Origin: Planctomycetota bacterium
GTDB lineage: Bacteria > Planctomycetota > UBA8108 > UBA1146 > JAJFFE01
Assembly: GCA_039028735.1 (NCBI GenBank)
Contig: JBCCHQ010000016.1
Location: forward strand, 1,758 to 65,757
Direction: 5' to 3'
DNA length: 64,000 nt
Each line of letters opens with the position of its first letter. Within the stretch, counting starts at the first letter, position 1. A program made the position numbers and the translations under genes. The notes under the pieces were generated by a model. It was not told where the DNA came from and searched no databases. It was given only the letters and a program-made list of their open reading frames with translations. Positions 29,463 through 38,453 of the stretch are shown here, piece by piece.

Positions 29463-30440
29463 TTAGCTGGCCGGCTTGACCTCGACGGGCTTGGCGGTCT
29501 TCGCCGACTTGCCACAACCACCGCAGCAACCGTTGGCCTTCTCAGCCTTGGCAGCGACGGGCTTCATCTTGGTAGCGGTCATGAACTTCGCGAGCTTGTC
29601 CTTGCTCGACTTGCAGCCGTTCGCGGCGCACTTCTCGAGGTAGGCAACCTTCTTCGCGAGGTCCTTCGAGCACTCCGTGCCGAACTCCTTCTTCAGAGCC
29701 GTGAGCATCGCGCCGGACTTGGCGCAGCCACCATCGGAGCCCTTGCAGAGCTTCGCGACCATAGCGGAGACGCTGACCGGCTTGGCCGCGACGGCGGCCT
29801 TGTCCATGCCGAACTCTTTCGTCAGCTTGGCAAGCTTGTCCACACTCGACTTGCAGCCCTTGCCGGCACACTCTTCGAGGTAAGCAATCTTCTTCGACAT
29901 CCCAGCGATGTCCTTGGAGCACTCCGAGCCACAGGCCTTGCTGAGCGCGGCGAGCTTCTCTGCGGACTTGGCGCAGCCCTTCTCGGCACCACAGGCGAGC
30001 TTGGCGACCATTTCGCTGAGCTTCATCTCGTTGCATGCGACACCCTTGTCGCCACAGGCGCTGGCGCAGTCCTTCTTCGCAGCGGCGGCCTTGTCGCCAC
30101 AGGCGCTGGCGCAGTCCTTCTTCGCAGCAGCGGCCTTGTCGCCACATGCGCTGGCGCAGTCCTTCTTCGCAGCTACGGCCTTGTCGCCACAGGCGCTGGC
30201 GCAGTCCTTCTTCGCGGCAACGGCCTTGTCGCCACAGGCGCTGGCGCAGTCCTTCTTCGCAGCAACGGCCTTGTCGCCACAGGCAGTCGCGCAGTCTTTC
30301 TTCGCGACGGCCTTGTCACCGCAGGCGGTGGCACAGTCCTTCTTCGCGGCGGCAGCCTTGGCTTTCTCAGGACAACACTGAGCATCCACTCCGGCGGCAA
30401 CGCCGAAAACAAATAGACAGACGAAGAGTAGCTTCTTCAT
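29463..30440 (-). CDS. Secreted Cys/Lys/Ala-rich tandem-repeat protein (nine copies of KKDCA[ST]ACGDKA[VA]AA)
   Basis: Signal peptide MKKLLFVCLFVFGVAAGVDA. CCPEK, then 9 near-perfect 13-14-aa repeats. C-terminal half has 14 more Cys in CG/GC pairs (AKLACGAEKGCAKS, CAGKGCKSS, CAANGCKSS) and ends GCCGGCGKS. Confidence 0.75.
   Translation of the reverse strand: MKKLLFVCLFVFGVAAGVDAQCCPEKAKAAAAKKDCATACGDKAVAKKDCATACGDKAVAAKKDCASACGDKAVAAKKDCASACGDKAVAAKKDCASACGDKAAAAKKDCASACGDKAAAAKKDCASACGDKGVACNEMKLSEMVAKLACGAEKGCAKSAEKLAALSKACGSECSKDIAGMSKKIAYLEECAGKGCKSSVDKLAKLTKEFGMDKAAVAAKPVSVSAMVAKLCKGSDGGCAKSGAMLTALKKEFGTECSKDLAKKVAYLEKCAANGCKSSKDKLAKFMTATKMKPVAAKAEKANGCCGGCGKSAKTAKPVEVKPAS
30031..30360. 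repeat. Roughly 42-bp coding tandem repeat array (about 8-9 units) within the repeat-protein gene
   Basis: cttgtcgccacaggcgctggcgcagtccttcttcgcagc(a/g)gcggc reiterated head-to-tail with few substitutions. Confidence 0.8.
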
Positions 30441-30813
30441 GGGTCTCCTCTAGGAAAGGTTTCTAACCGCGACGGGTCGCTATCCAACGCTCCCGTAGGT
30501 ACGACGTCGGGCCCCGAAAAGTTGGCCCCGAAGTCAAAGTCTCTCAGAAAAAGTATCGGCCGGCGACGCGCTTCGTAACGATTTCGGCGCTACACCGCAG
30601 TTTGCTGTACCCGATTTCTGAATACAGCCCCCCATGGGCTGAATTCACAGTTTAACACTTAGCAGCGTCCATGCCAGAGGCTGCGGGATTCCTCGCGAAC
30701 CACCCGACCTCGCTGCCGGTCGAAAGCTAAGAGCCTACTTCCAAGGCACTTGGAACAGCCAGAGCTGCCCCTGACACCGATCGCGGGATCCTCCAACGCC
30801 AGTAGGAACGGGG

Positions 30814-31122
30814 CTACGGTCCAGCGGGTTCCCAGCGATAGTCCGAAAGGGGCAACCGGTTACCCCGAAAGCGGACCCCTTCCTGCTCCAGAAGAGCCTG
30901 TTGGCGCCCCGGAGACTCCTTTTCGTCGGTCGAGCATTTGCCTTGGGCGTTCACGACTCGGTGCCAGGGGACGTTACGCGGGGCAGTGTTGAGGGCCCAC
31001 CCAACGGCGAGCGGAGAAATCCGAGCCGCCATCGCCTGGGAAATCTGCCCATAGGTCATGACGCGCCCGGGCGGAATGCCGCGGACGAACTCGTAGACCT
31101 CTTCCCAGACCGGCCCACCCAT
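30814..31122 (-). CDS. Alkyltransferase-like protein (ATL; MGMT DNA-binding domain with Trp replacing the catalytic Cys)
   Basis: MGMT C-terminal-domain motifs (RVMTYGQISQAMA, NTAP.NVPWHRVVNAQG). PWHR in place of PCHR is the ATL hallmark. Confidence 0.7.
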   Translation of the reverse strand: MGGPVWEEVYEFVRGIPPGRVMTYGQISQAMAARISPLAVGWALNTAPRNVPWHRVVNAQGKCSTDEKESPGRQQALLEQEGVRFRGNRLPLSDYRWEPAGP

Positions 31123-31126
31123 CGCC

Positions 31127-32095
31127 CTACGTCCCCAGCACTTGCTGCACTACTGCGAGGATCTGATCGTGATAGCGACCATTGCTGGCGATCACGCCGC
31201 GATTCTCCTCCAGCTGCCGGCCGCGACCGAAGTCGAGTGGCAGGCCGCGGACGTCCGTGACCCGTCCTCCAGCCTCTTCCATGACAATGGCTCCGGCGGC
31301 GTGGTCCCAAATCTTCTCGCGGTAGTCGGCTCGCGTCGGCAAACGCAGGTAGATCTCTGCGTCTCCGCGCGCCAGCGCACCGTACTTGACCTGCGAGTCG
31401 AGCCGCACCGGCTCGTTGGCAATCCCCAACTTCCGAGCGATCTGCGCCGACGCGCTCTGATCGGAGTGCCCACTCTCGACCGATTCACAAAAGCGCGCCT
31501 GGGCGAGGTCGGCGACGGCACTGACCGAACACGTTGTCTCGGTCGTATCGGCGCCGAACAGGGACTGCGAAACGGTACCTTGCCCACGCTCGGCGACGAA
31601 CAGCACGCCGTCGCCGTCCGGGCCAGCGAGTTGCGGGCAGCCAAGCACACCTAGTTGGACTTGGCCATCCTCGATGAGCCCGAGCGCGATCGCGTACTGT
31701 TCCTTGCGCAAGAATCCCTTCGTGCCGTCGATCGGGTCCAACGTCCAGAACCGACCACTCGCGGCACTGCCACCCAAGTCGATCCATGCGAGTACCTCTG
31801 CGCTCGAGGCGCCCTCGCGAACCGTCGTCACTTGCGCAACAACCTTCTCCAACACCTCTGCTTCCTGGCGGAGCTCGCGCGCATCTTCTTCACCGACCAC
31901 AGGGATCTGCGCGGTCGCCGCCGCCAGCTGTGCGCAGACCACCGCTTGCGACGCATAGTCGGCTACCGTGACGGGGCTCCGATCCTTCTTCTCGAGAGTG
32001 TCGGGGTGCACCCAGTGCTGCTGGACGTTGCGACAAACCATCGCAGCGGCGCGGACCGCCGCAATCCCGGCCGCTCGTTCTTGCTGAAGCCCCAT
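31127..32095 (-). CDS. Inositol monophosphatase-family phosphatase, 3'(2'),5'-bisphosphate nucleotidase (HAL2/CysQ)-like
   Basis: WTLDPIDGTKGF and other IMPase metal-binding motifs. Five-nt gap to ATL. Confidence 0.7.
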   Translation of the reverse strand: MGLQQERAAGIAAVRAAAMVCRNVQQHWVHPDTLEKKDRSPVTVADYASQAVVCAQLAAATAQIPVVGEEDARELRQEAEVLEKVVAQVTTVREGASSAEVLAWIDLGGSAASGRFWTLDPIDGTKGFLRKEQYAIALGLIEDGQVQLGVLGCPQLAGPDGDGVLFVAERGQGTVSQSLFGADTTETTCSVSAVADLAQARFCESVESGHSDQSASAQIARKLGIANEPVRLDSQVKYGALARGDAEIYLRLPTRADYREKIWDHAAGAIVMEEAGGRVTDVRGLPLDFGRGRQLEENRGVIASNGRYHDQILAVVQQVLGT

Positions 32096-32290
32096 GCGTC
32101 ACCCTCCTTGGATTCTCTTTGTCCGCACACTTTCGTATGCGGCCTCTCCCCGTGAGCAGCTATCCTGCGTAGAATGCCGCGTCTGCAGCGGAGCACAACC
32201 CATCCCGACCAGAAGCTGACAACTCGTGAAATCACGACAAACGGCGAGATCCTGGCGAACCGACAACGGCGAACGGCGAAGACAAGCCCC

Positions 32291-33319
32291 GTGGTAGATG
32301 AAACAGCCAGCAACCCGCAGCGCGCGACAGTGGTGCTGGGTGCCAATTCGTTCTCGGGACAAGACTTCGTCGACCTGTTGATCACCACAACCAACGACCG
32401 GGTCTTCGGGATCAGCCGCTCGCAGCAGCGCGACGCAACGTTCTCGAGCTACCTCAGACACGACCCTGACGTTCTCGCCCAACGCTTCGAGTACCACGCG
32501 CTCGACATGAACCACGACATGCCGGCGATCCTGGCCCTGCTCGATCGCTGGCGGCCTCAGCGCATCATCAACTTCGCTGCGCAGAGCGAAGTGGCTCCGA
32601 GTTGGGATCACCCAGAACACTGGTACCAGACCAACACCGTGGCTCTGTCGCAGCTCGTCAACCACCTCCGCGACTGCGACTACCTGCAACGCTACGTGCA
32701 CATTTCGTCGCCAGAGGTCTATGGATCTTGCGTCGGCGAGGTGCTCGAAGATGCACCCGCCAACCCCAGCACACCGTACGCGGCTTCGAAGGCGGCCGCG
32801 GACATGTTGCTCGCGGTGTTTCGCAAGCAGTACGATTTCCCGCTGCTGACGATCCGCGCCACCAACGTCTACGGAGCCCGGCAGCAGCTGTTCAAGATCA
32901 TTCCGCGCACGGTGATCTATCGCCGCCTGGGCAGGAAGATCCCGCTCCACGGCGGTGGTCACGCCGTGAAGTCGTACATCCACATCCGAGACGTCTCCCG
33001 CGGCGAACTGGCCGTGCTCGACCACGGCACAGTCGGGGAGACCTACCACATCTCTCCCGATCAGGGTGTCGCGGTGCGCGATGTCGTCGGCACGATCTGC
33101 AGCACACTCGGCGAAACGCTCGCAGACGCGACGACCCGTGTCGGCGAGCGCCCTGGACAGGATGCCGCCTACGTCATCGATTCGACGAAGATCCGCGAGG
33201 AACTTGGCTGGCAGCCTACGATCCCACTCGCAACCGGGATCAGTGAAGTTGTCGCGTGGATCGACGAACGCTGGCGGTCGATTTCTGAATTGCCACACGA
33301 GTATCTGCACGTGCCCTAG
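32291..33319 (+). CDS. NDP-sugar 4,6-dehydratase/epimerase (extended SDR)
   Basis: VVLGANSFSGQDFV (GxxGxxG-like), YAASKAAAD (YxxxK). Start is an uncertain GTG. Confidence 0.65.
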   Translation: MVDETASNPQRATVVLGANSFSGQDFVDLLITTTNDRVFGISRSQQRDATFSSYLRHDPDVLAQRFEYHALDMNHDMPAILALLDRWRPQRIINFAAQSEVAPSWDHPEHWYQTNTVALSQLVNHLRDCDYLQRYVHISSPEVYGSCVGEVLEDAPANPSTPYAASKAAADMLLAVFRKQYDFPLLTIRATNVYGARQQLFKIIPRTVIYRRLGRKIPLHGGGHAVKSYIHIRDVSRGELAVLDHGTVGETYHISPDQGVAVRDVVGTICSTLGETLADATTRVGERPGQDAAYVIDSTKIREELGWQPTIPLATGISEVVAWIDERWRSISELPHEYLHVP

Positions 33320-33352
33320 CGCTCGGGCCCCGCGCCTGACACACGCCGGCTC

Positions 33353-35701
33353 TTGTCATCGCGCGCGAAATCGGTTCCCTTCAGTCACATGACTCGCGAC
33401 GACAAGCCAGACATCTCTGCGACCGAGACGGCTCTGGAGTCCGCGCTCGCAGACGGGCAACTCGAAGCTGCACAGCAGCTGCTCGCGGCCTACGGCGAAA
33501 CGCCCCCGGCAGCGCTCGCGCGGCCTGCGGCCCGGCTGTGGATGGAACGACAGCGCTGGCAGCGCGCCGCGCAGGCCTGGGCCGGTGTCACGTCAGCGAC
33601 AACAGAGGAACGCTGCAACGAACGCCTGTGCCGCAATCTCGCTGTGCTCGAAACCAACCACCCCACGATCGCTGGCGCCGTCGTCGCTGCCACGAACGAC
33701 GACCGCTTCACGCTACACACCAGCGACAGTGGCGCCCTGACGATTGCTTTCGAGCGTGCCGACGGTTCACAACTCCTTCTGTCGGCACAGGAGGATCCGA
33801 TCGCCGACGTGCGGCAGGTCGTCGCTGGCCTACAATCGCACCTTGACGAGTGCGCCACGCTGGCATTGTGCGGCATCGGCGACGGCTACCTGTTGGCAGA
33901 GCTTGCCCAGCAAGAGAGCCGCAGTGCCCTTGGGCTCGAATCGCAGATCTACGTGATCGTGCCCGATCCCGCGGCGCTACTGACGTGCCTCATGTTGCAC
34001 GACTATTCCGGTGACGACGGCCCGTTGTGCCAACCTCGGTTTCGCTGGTACGTCGGCGCCGATTGGCTGACGGCACTGCAAACGGACCTCGCCGCGGACC
34101 TGTATCTCCCGCTGCCGAAGGTGCAGGTTCAGCTGCCACCCCACGGCACGGATACGGCCAAGCAGCTCGAAGCGGCTACGGACAAACTGCAGCGCCGCGA
34201 TGATCGCTTTCGGCGACGGATCGACCAACACTACACCACCGTCGAACCAACGCAGCTGGCCGCGTTGCTGGGGGACGACCCGCCCCGGCGCCCGCGGATC
34301 GCTCTGGCAACGACCAGATTCACAACAGTGCTCCAGTACGCGACCCGCGACCTGGCCACGACGCTTGGCGGACTCGGCTGGGACGTGGAAATCATCATCG
34401 AACCAACCACCGAGCACCGCGTTACGAAGCCCGCAATTCGTGAAGTGTTGGCACGCTTTCGACCCGACTTCTTCCTGCAGATCGATCACTTGCGGCACGA
34501 GCACGGCGACCTGCTGCCGGCGGCTCTGCCGTTCATCTGCTGGGCGCAAGATCTGCTCCCCAACCTCCTCGACGCGAACGCGGCCGCGGCGACAGGTCCC
34601 TACGACTACGTGTTGACGTTCGACGTACCGCTGTTCGTCGACCAATACGGCTACCCGCAGGAACGCTGCATCGCGATGCCGTTCATGTTGGCGCTCCCCG
34701 CGAGAACGGGCCAGGGTACAGCGGCAGCGAGCCCGGCGACCCACGACCTCGTGTACGTTTCCAACATGTCCAGCACCCCAGAGCGCGCCTTTGAGTGGCA
34801 ACGCAATGGCGCGCCGGCCGCGCTGCGATCGTTGTTGGACGCGTGTTGGGAACAGCTCCGACAACAGTATGCCGGGGACTTCCCGGTCAGCCAAAGGGTC
34901 GTCGGACACGGCGGCATCACAGACTTGCTGAACGCAACCGCGACGCAGACGGGCGTGCACTTGCCCACTGCTACGGCGGCGCGGCTGGCGAGTCACATCT
35001 TGTTTCCCCTCAACAGCCTTCTCTTTCGCCAGGAGGGGCTGCGCTGGGTTGCAGCGGCCGCTTCCGAACTCGGCAGCGACCTCGCCGTGTACGGCAGAGG
35101 TTGGGAACTGCACCCGGACTTTGCGCCGTACGCGCGCGGCGTCGTCGAGCACGGGGCCGCCCTGCAGGAACTGACGCAGCGCAGCCGCATCAACTTGAAT
35201 CTCGAACCGTATCCGTGCGTGGCGCACCAGCGGCTGCTGGACGGCCTTGCCGCAGGTGGCTTCTTCCTGATCCGTGAGCACACGTCGAACCGAGTCCTGC
35301 AGCAGCTGGCGAATCTCCTCGACCAGTATGCAACCCCAGCGGTTCACGACCTGGCCAGCGCCCGCAGCCAATTGCCTGCAGCCCAGCAAGGTGCGCTCGA
35401 AGAACTCGTAACCCTGTGCTTGCCCCTGTGCTACGCAACTCCAGCAGATCCGGTGCGGTTGGTACGCTCCTATCAAGAAGCCAAAGTGCTGATTTCGCAG
35501 CAGACATCGCTCCCCTACCTCGACGCGGTTTCGTTCGCTTCTCCAGCGCAGTGCCGCGTCCGCATCGAGCATTTTCTCGGCGCCGCCAAGACCCGCCAAT
35601 CGATCGCGGCCGCGCAGTGGGACAACATTCGCGATCGGCTCTCGTTTCCGGTTGCCATGAAGCGGGTGATCGGCGAGATTCGGCGACATCTAGCGGGCTA
35701 G
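33353..35701 (+). CDS. Large (782 aa) putative glycosyltransferase, Maf (DUF115/MptE-like) and/or CgeB-like
   Basis: Soluble and large. C-terminal region RINLNLEPYPCVAHQRLLDGLAAGGFFLIREH resembles the CgeB/GT1-like C-terminal domain. Context with NeuB-like synthase. Weak, recall-based. Confidence 0.45.
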   Translation: MSSRAKSVPFSHMTRDDKPDISATETALESALADGQLEAAQQLLAAYGETPPAALARPAARLWMERQRWQRAAQAWAGVTSATTEERCNERLCRNLAVLETNHPTIAGAVVAATNDDRFTLHTSDSGALTIAFERADGSQLLLSAQEDPIADVRQVVAGLQSHLDECATLALCGIGDGYLLAELAQQESRSALGLESQIYVIVPDPAALLTCLMLHDYSGDDGPLCQPRFRWYVGADWLTALQTDLAADLYLPLPKVQVQLPPHGTDTAKQLEAATDKLQRRDDRFRRRIDQHYTTVEPTQLAALLGDDPPRRPRIALATTRFTTVLQYATRDLATTLGGLGWDVEIIIEPTTEHRVTKPAIREVLARFRPDFFLQIDHLRHEHGDLLPAALPFICWAQDLLPNLLDANAAAATGPYDYVLTFDVPLFVDQYGYPQERCIAMPFMLALPARTGQGTAAASPATHDLVYVSNMSSTPERAFEWQRNGAPAALRSLLDACWEQLRQQYAGDFPVSQRVVGHGGITDLLNATATQTGVHLPTATAARLASHILFPLNSLLFRQEGLRWVAAAASELGSDLAVYGRGWELHPDFAPYARGVVEHGAALQELTQRSRINLNLEPYPCVAHQRLLDGLAAGGFFLIREHTSNRVLQQLANLLDQYATPAVHDLASARSQLPAAQQGALEELVTLCLPLCYATPADPVRLVRSYQEAKVLISQQTSLPYLDAVSFASPAQCRVRIEHFLGAAKTRQSIAAAQWDNIRDRLSFPVAMKRVIGEIRRHLAG

Positions 35702-35783
35702 AGGGGATTCTGCGAGCCGGGCAGGGACTGCCGTGGCTGCGCTGCCGCCAGGTCGACGGCCACTGGGAACGGGGGGAGCTCCA

Positions 35784-36842
35784 ATGCCATCAGGCAACCG
35801 GCACCAAGACAAGGTCTGCTTGGTCACGGGCGGTGCGGGCTTCATTGGCAGCCACCTTGTCGACCGACTCATCGCTGCTGGGCATCGCGTCCGAGTCATC
35901 GACAACCTGGCATCTGGCAACCTCGACAATCTCGCGCCGCACAAGAACGATCCACGCCTACGCTTCGTCGAAGCCGACATCGCAACCACGTCGGAACTGA
36001 CGTCACTGGCGGCCGGCGTGCAGTGGTTCTTCCACCTCGCGGCGCTCGCCGACATTGTCCCATCGATCGAACAACCGCAGCGCTACCATCAGGCCAACGT
36101 CAACGGCACGATCGCCGCGCTGGAAGCCGCTCGAGCAAGTGGCGTCGAACGCTTCGTCTACGCTGCATCTTCATCGTGCTACGGCCTCCCCGACCAATAC
36201 CCGACCCCTGAGACCGCGCCGTGTCGGCCGATGTATCCGTACGCGCTGACGAAGATGATCGGGGAACAGTACGTACAACATTGGCAGCAGTGCTACGGGT
36301 TGCCGACCGCTTCGCTGCGGTTCTTCAACGTGTACGGTCCACGAGCACGTACCAACGGTACCTACGGCGCCGTCTTCGGTGTGTTCCTGGCGCAGAAGCT
36401 CGCCGGCAAAGCGTTCACGGTTGTTGGTGACGGCAAGCAGTCGCGCGACTTCACGTTCGTCACCGACATTGCATCGGCGCTGGTCGCTGCCGCTCGCCGC
36501 GCAGCTCCCGGCGCAATCTACAACGTCGGCTCGGGTGGCACGTACACGATTCAGCACCTCGTGGAGTTGCTGGGCGGGCCCGTCGAGTATGTCCCCGAGC
36601 GGCCCGGCGAACCTAGGTGCACGTTCGCCGACACGACCAAGATCACCGAAGAACTCGGATGGCAGCCACAAGTTTCTTTCGAAGACGGGGTCGCTGAGAT
36701 GCTGCGCTGCATCGAACAGTGGCGCGAAGCTCCCGTCTGGGACCGGTCTTCGATCGATGTCGCCACGCGCGACTGGTTCCGCTACCTCGGTCCCAAGAAC
36801 GAGACCAACGCCGCGATCGCCGGCGCGGGAGATCCTGCATGA
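35784..36842 (+). CDS. NAD-dependent epimerase/dehydratase (UDP-glucuronate decarboxylase / UDP-hexose 4-epimerase-like)
   Basis: GGGGGAG RBS. VCLVTGGAGFIGSHLVDRL, YAASSSCYG, YALTKMIGEQY (YxxxK). Confidence 0.75.
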   Translation: MPSGNRHQDKVCLVTGGAGFIGSHLVDRLIAAGHRVRVIDNLASGNLDNLAPHKNDPRLRFVEADIATTSELTSLAAGVQWFFHLAALADIVPSIEQPQRYHQANVNGTIAALEAARASGVERFVYAASSSCYGLPDQYPTPETAPCRPMYPYALTKMIGEQYVQHWQQCYGLPTASLRFFNVYGPRARTNGTYGAVFGVFLAQKLAGKAFTVVGDGKQSRDFTFVTDIASALVAAARRAAPGAIYNVGSGGTYTIQHLVELLGGPVEYVPERPGEPRCTFADTTKITEELGWQPQVSFEDGVAEMLRCIEQWREAPVWDRSSIDVATRDWFRYLGPKNETNAAIAGAGDPA

Positions 36843-38392
36843 CTCGTCCGTCCAATTCCAACTGGCAGCGCAGCGGGGACAAAGTCATCGCGCTGGAGGC
36901 CCTCGCGGACGTCACGGAGAACGCCCGTGCGTGCGGCCAGAAAATCGTGCACTGCCATGGGGTCTTCGACCTATTGCACGTTGGGCACCTCAGGCACCTC
37001 GAAGCAGCCCGCCGATTCGGAGACCTCCTGGTCGTCACCGTGACTCCCGATGCGTTCGTCAACAAGGGACCCGGCCGCCCTGCCTTCAGCGCCGAGTCCC
37101 GCGCCGAAGCACTGGCCGCTCTCGCCAGTGTCGACTTCGTCGCGATCAACCGCTGGCCCACCGCTGTCGAGACCATCGGCATGCTGCGCCCTCACGCTTA
37201 TGCGAAGGGGTCTGAGTACGCCGACAAGAACGCAGACCGCACTGGCGGCATCATCGACGAGGAAGCGGCACTGAGCGGGCATGGCGGCCGCCTGGTGTTC
37301 ACGGACGAAGCCACATACAGCTCGTCACACTTGCTCCAGCACCACACCGACATGTACTCACAAGAAGTGAGGACGTTTCTCGGCGACTTTCGGGAAGAGT
37401 ACCCTTCCGCGGAAGTGCTAGCCGCTGTCGACGCGGCGGCCTCGCGCCGAGTCCTGGTCATCGGTGAGACGATCATCGACGAGTATCAGTACTGCGATGC
37501 CATCGGCAAGAGTTCCAAGGAACCGACCCTGGCCGTGAAACCGTATTCGGTGGAACGCTTTGGCGGCGGCATCCTGGCTGTCGCGAACCACGTCGCGCCG
37601 TTCTGTGAGCAAGTTACCGCACTGACCGCTATCGGCAGCCAGGATGGGTCACGCGCGTTCGTGGAAGGAGCTCTGGCGGCCAGCGTACAGCCAAGGTTCA
37701 TCGAACTCGAGCACGCACCGACAATCACGAAACGACGTTTCATCGATCGCTACTTCTTCCACAAACTTTTCGAAGTCTACGAGATGGACGACAGTGAACT
37801 CACTGGGCCGGACGAGGCGGCGCTACTGGACGCTCTGGACGAAGCGCTGCCGCAGCACGACGTCGTCATCGTAGTCGACTATGGGCACGGCCTGCTGACG
37901 CCTCGCGTCGTCGACAAGCTGACCAAGCAGGCGCCCTTCTTGGCTGTCAACGCCCAGTCGAACGCCGGCAACCTGGGATACAACACGGTCTCGAAGTACC
38001 CCCGGGCGGACTACGTGACCCTTGCCGAGAACGAGCTCCGCCTGGACAGCCGCGACCGCCATGGGCCCCTGCCGCCACTCGCGCGACGGGTCTCTGAGCG
38101 CTGTGGTGCCCGCACCGTCGCGGTCACACGCGGCGCGCAGGGTTGCCTGTTGTTCGATCGCAGTGCCGGCTTCGTCGAAGTGCCGGCGCTGGCAGGCACG
38201 ATCAAAGATCGCATGGGAGCCGGCGATACATTCATGGCGATCACTGCCCTGACCGTCGCTGGGGAAGCCCCAGTTGCCGTCAGTGGGTTCTTGGGCAACG
38301 CCATGGCTGCAGGAACGGTGGCCACTGTCGGGCATCGTGGCTGTATCGACAAAGCGCCGTTCGTGCGACACGTCGAATGCCTATTGAAGTAG
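36839..38392 (+). CDS. Bifunctional sugar-phosphate nucleotidyltransferase (HIGH-motif, cytidylyltransferase-like) / PfkB-family sugar kinase; HldE-like with reversed domain order
   Basis: N-terminal CHGVFDLLHVGHLRHLEAAR (HxGH nucleotidyltransferase) and C-terminal PfkB kinase motifs (GAGDTF). ATGA overlap with the upstream epimerase. Confidence 0.75.
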   Translation: MTRPSNSNWQRSGDKVIALEALADVTENARACGQKIVHCHGVFDLLHVGHLRHLEAARRFGDLLVVTVTPDAFVNKGPGRPAFSAESRAEALAALASVDFVAINRWPTAVETIGMLRPHAYAKGSEYADKNADRTGGIIDEEAALSGHGGRLVFTDEATYSSSHLLQHHTDMYSQEVRTFLGDFREEYPSAEVLAAVDAAASRRVLVIGETIIDEYQYCDAIGKSSKEPTLAVKPYSVERFGGGILAVANHVAPFCEQVTALTAIGSQDGSRAFVEGALAASVQPRFIELEHAPTITKRRFIDRYFFHKLFEVYEMDDSELTGPDEAALLDALDEALPQHDVVIVVDYGHGLLTPRVVDKLTKQAPFLAVNAQSNAGNLGYNTVSKYPRADYVTLAENELRLDSRDRHGPLPPLARRVSERCGARTVAVTRGAQGCLLFDRSAGFVEVPALAGTIKDRMGAGDTFMAITALTVAGEAPVAVSGFLGNAMAAGTVATVGHRGCIDKAPFVRHVECLLK

Positions 38393-38453
38393 TGACAATG
38401 AGCCGCGAACTTGCTGTGTGCGACGAACAAGAGGGGTTGAGGGGAACGAACGC

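Noticed and set aside
30031-30360. Considered whether the 42-bp tandem array or the 19-bp array at 61183-61260 could be CRISPR
   Set aside because: Units are head-to-tail with no spacers. The first array is in-frame coding sequence and the second is only about 78 bp. No cas genes in the window.
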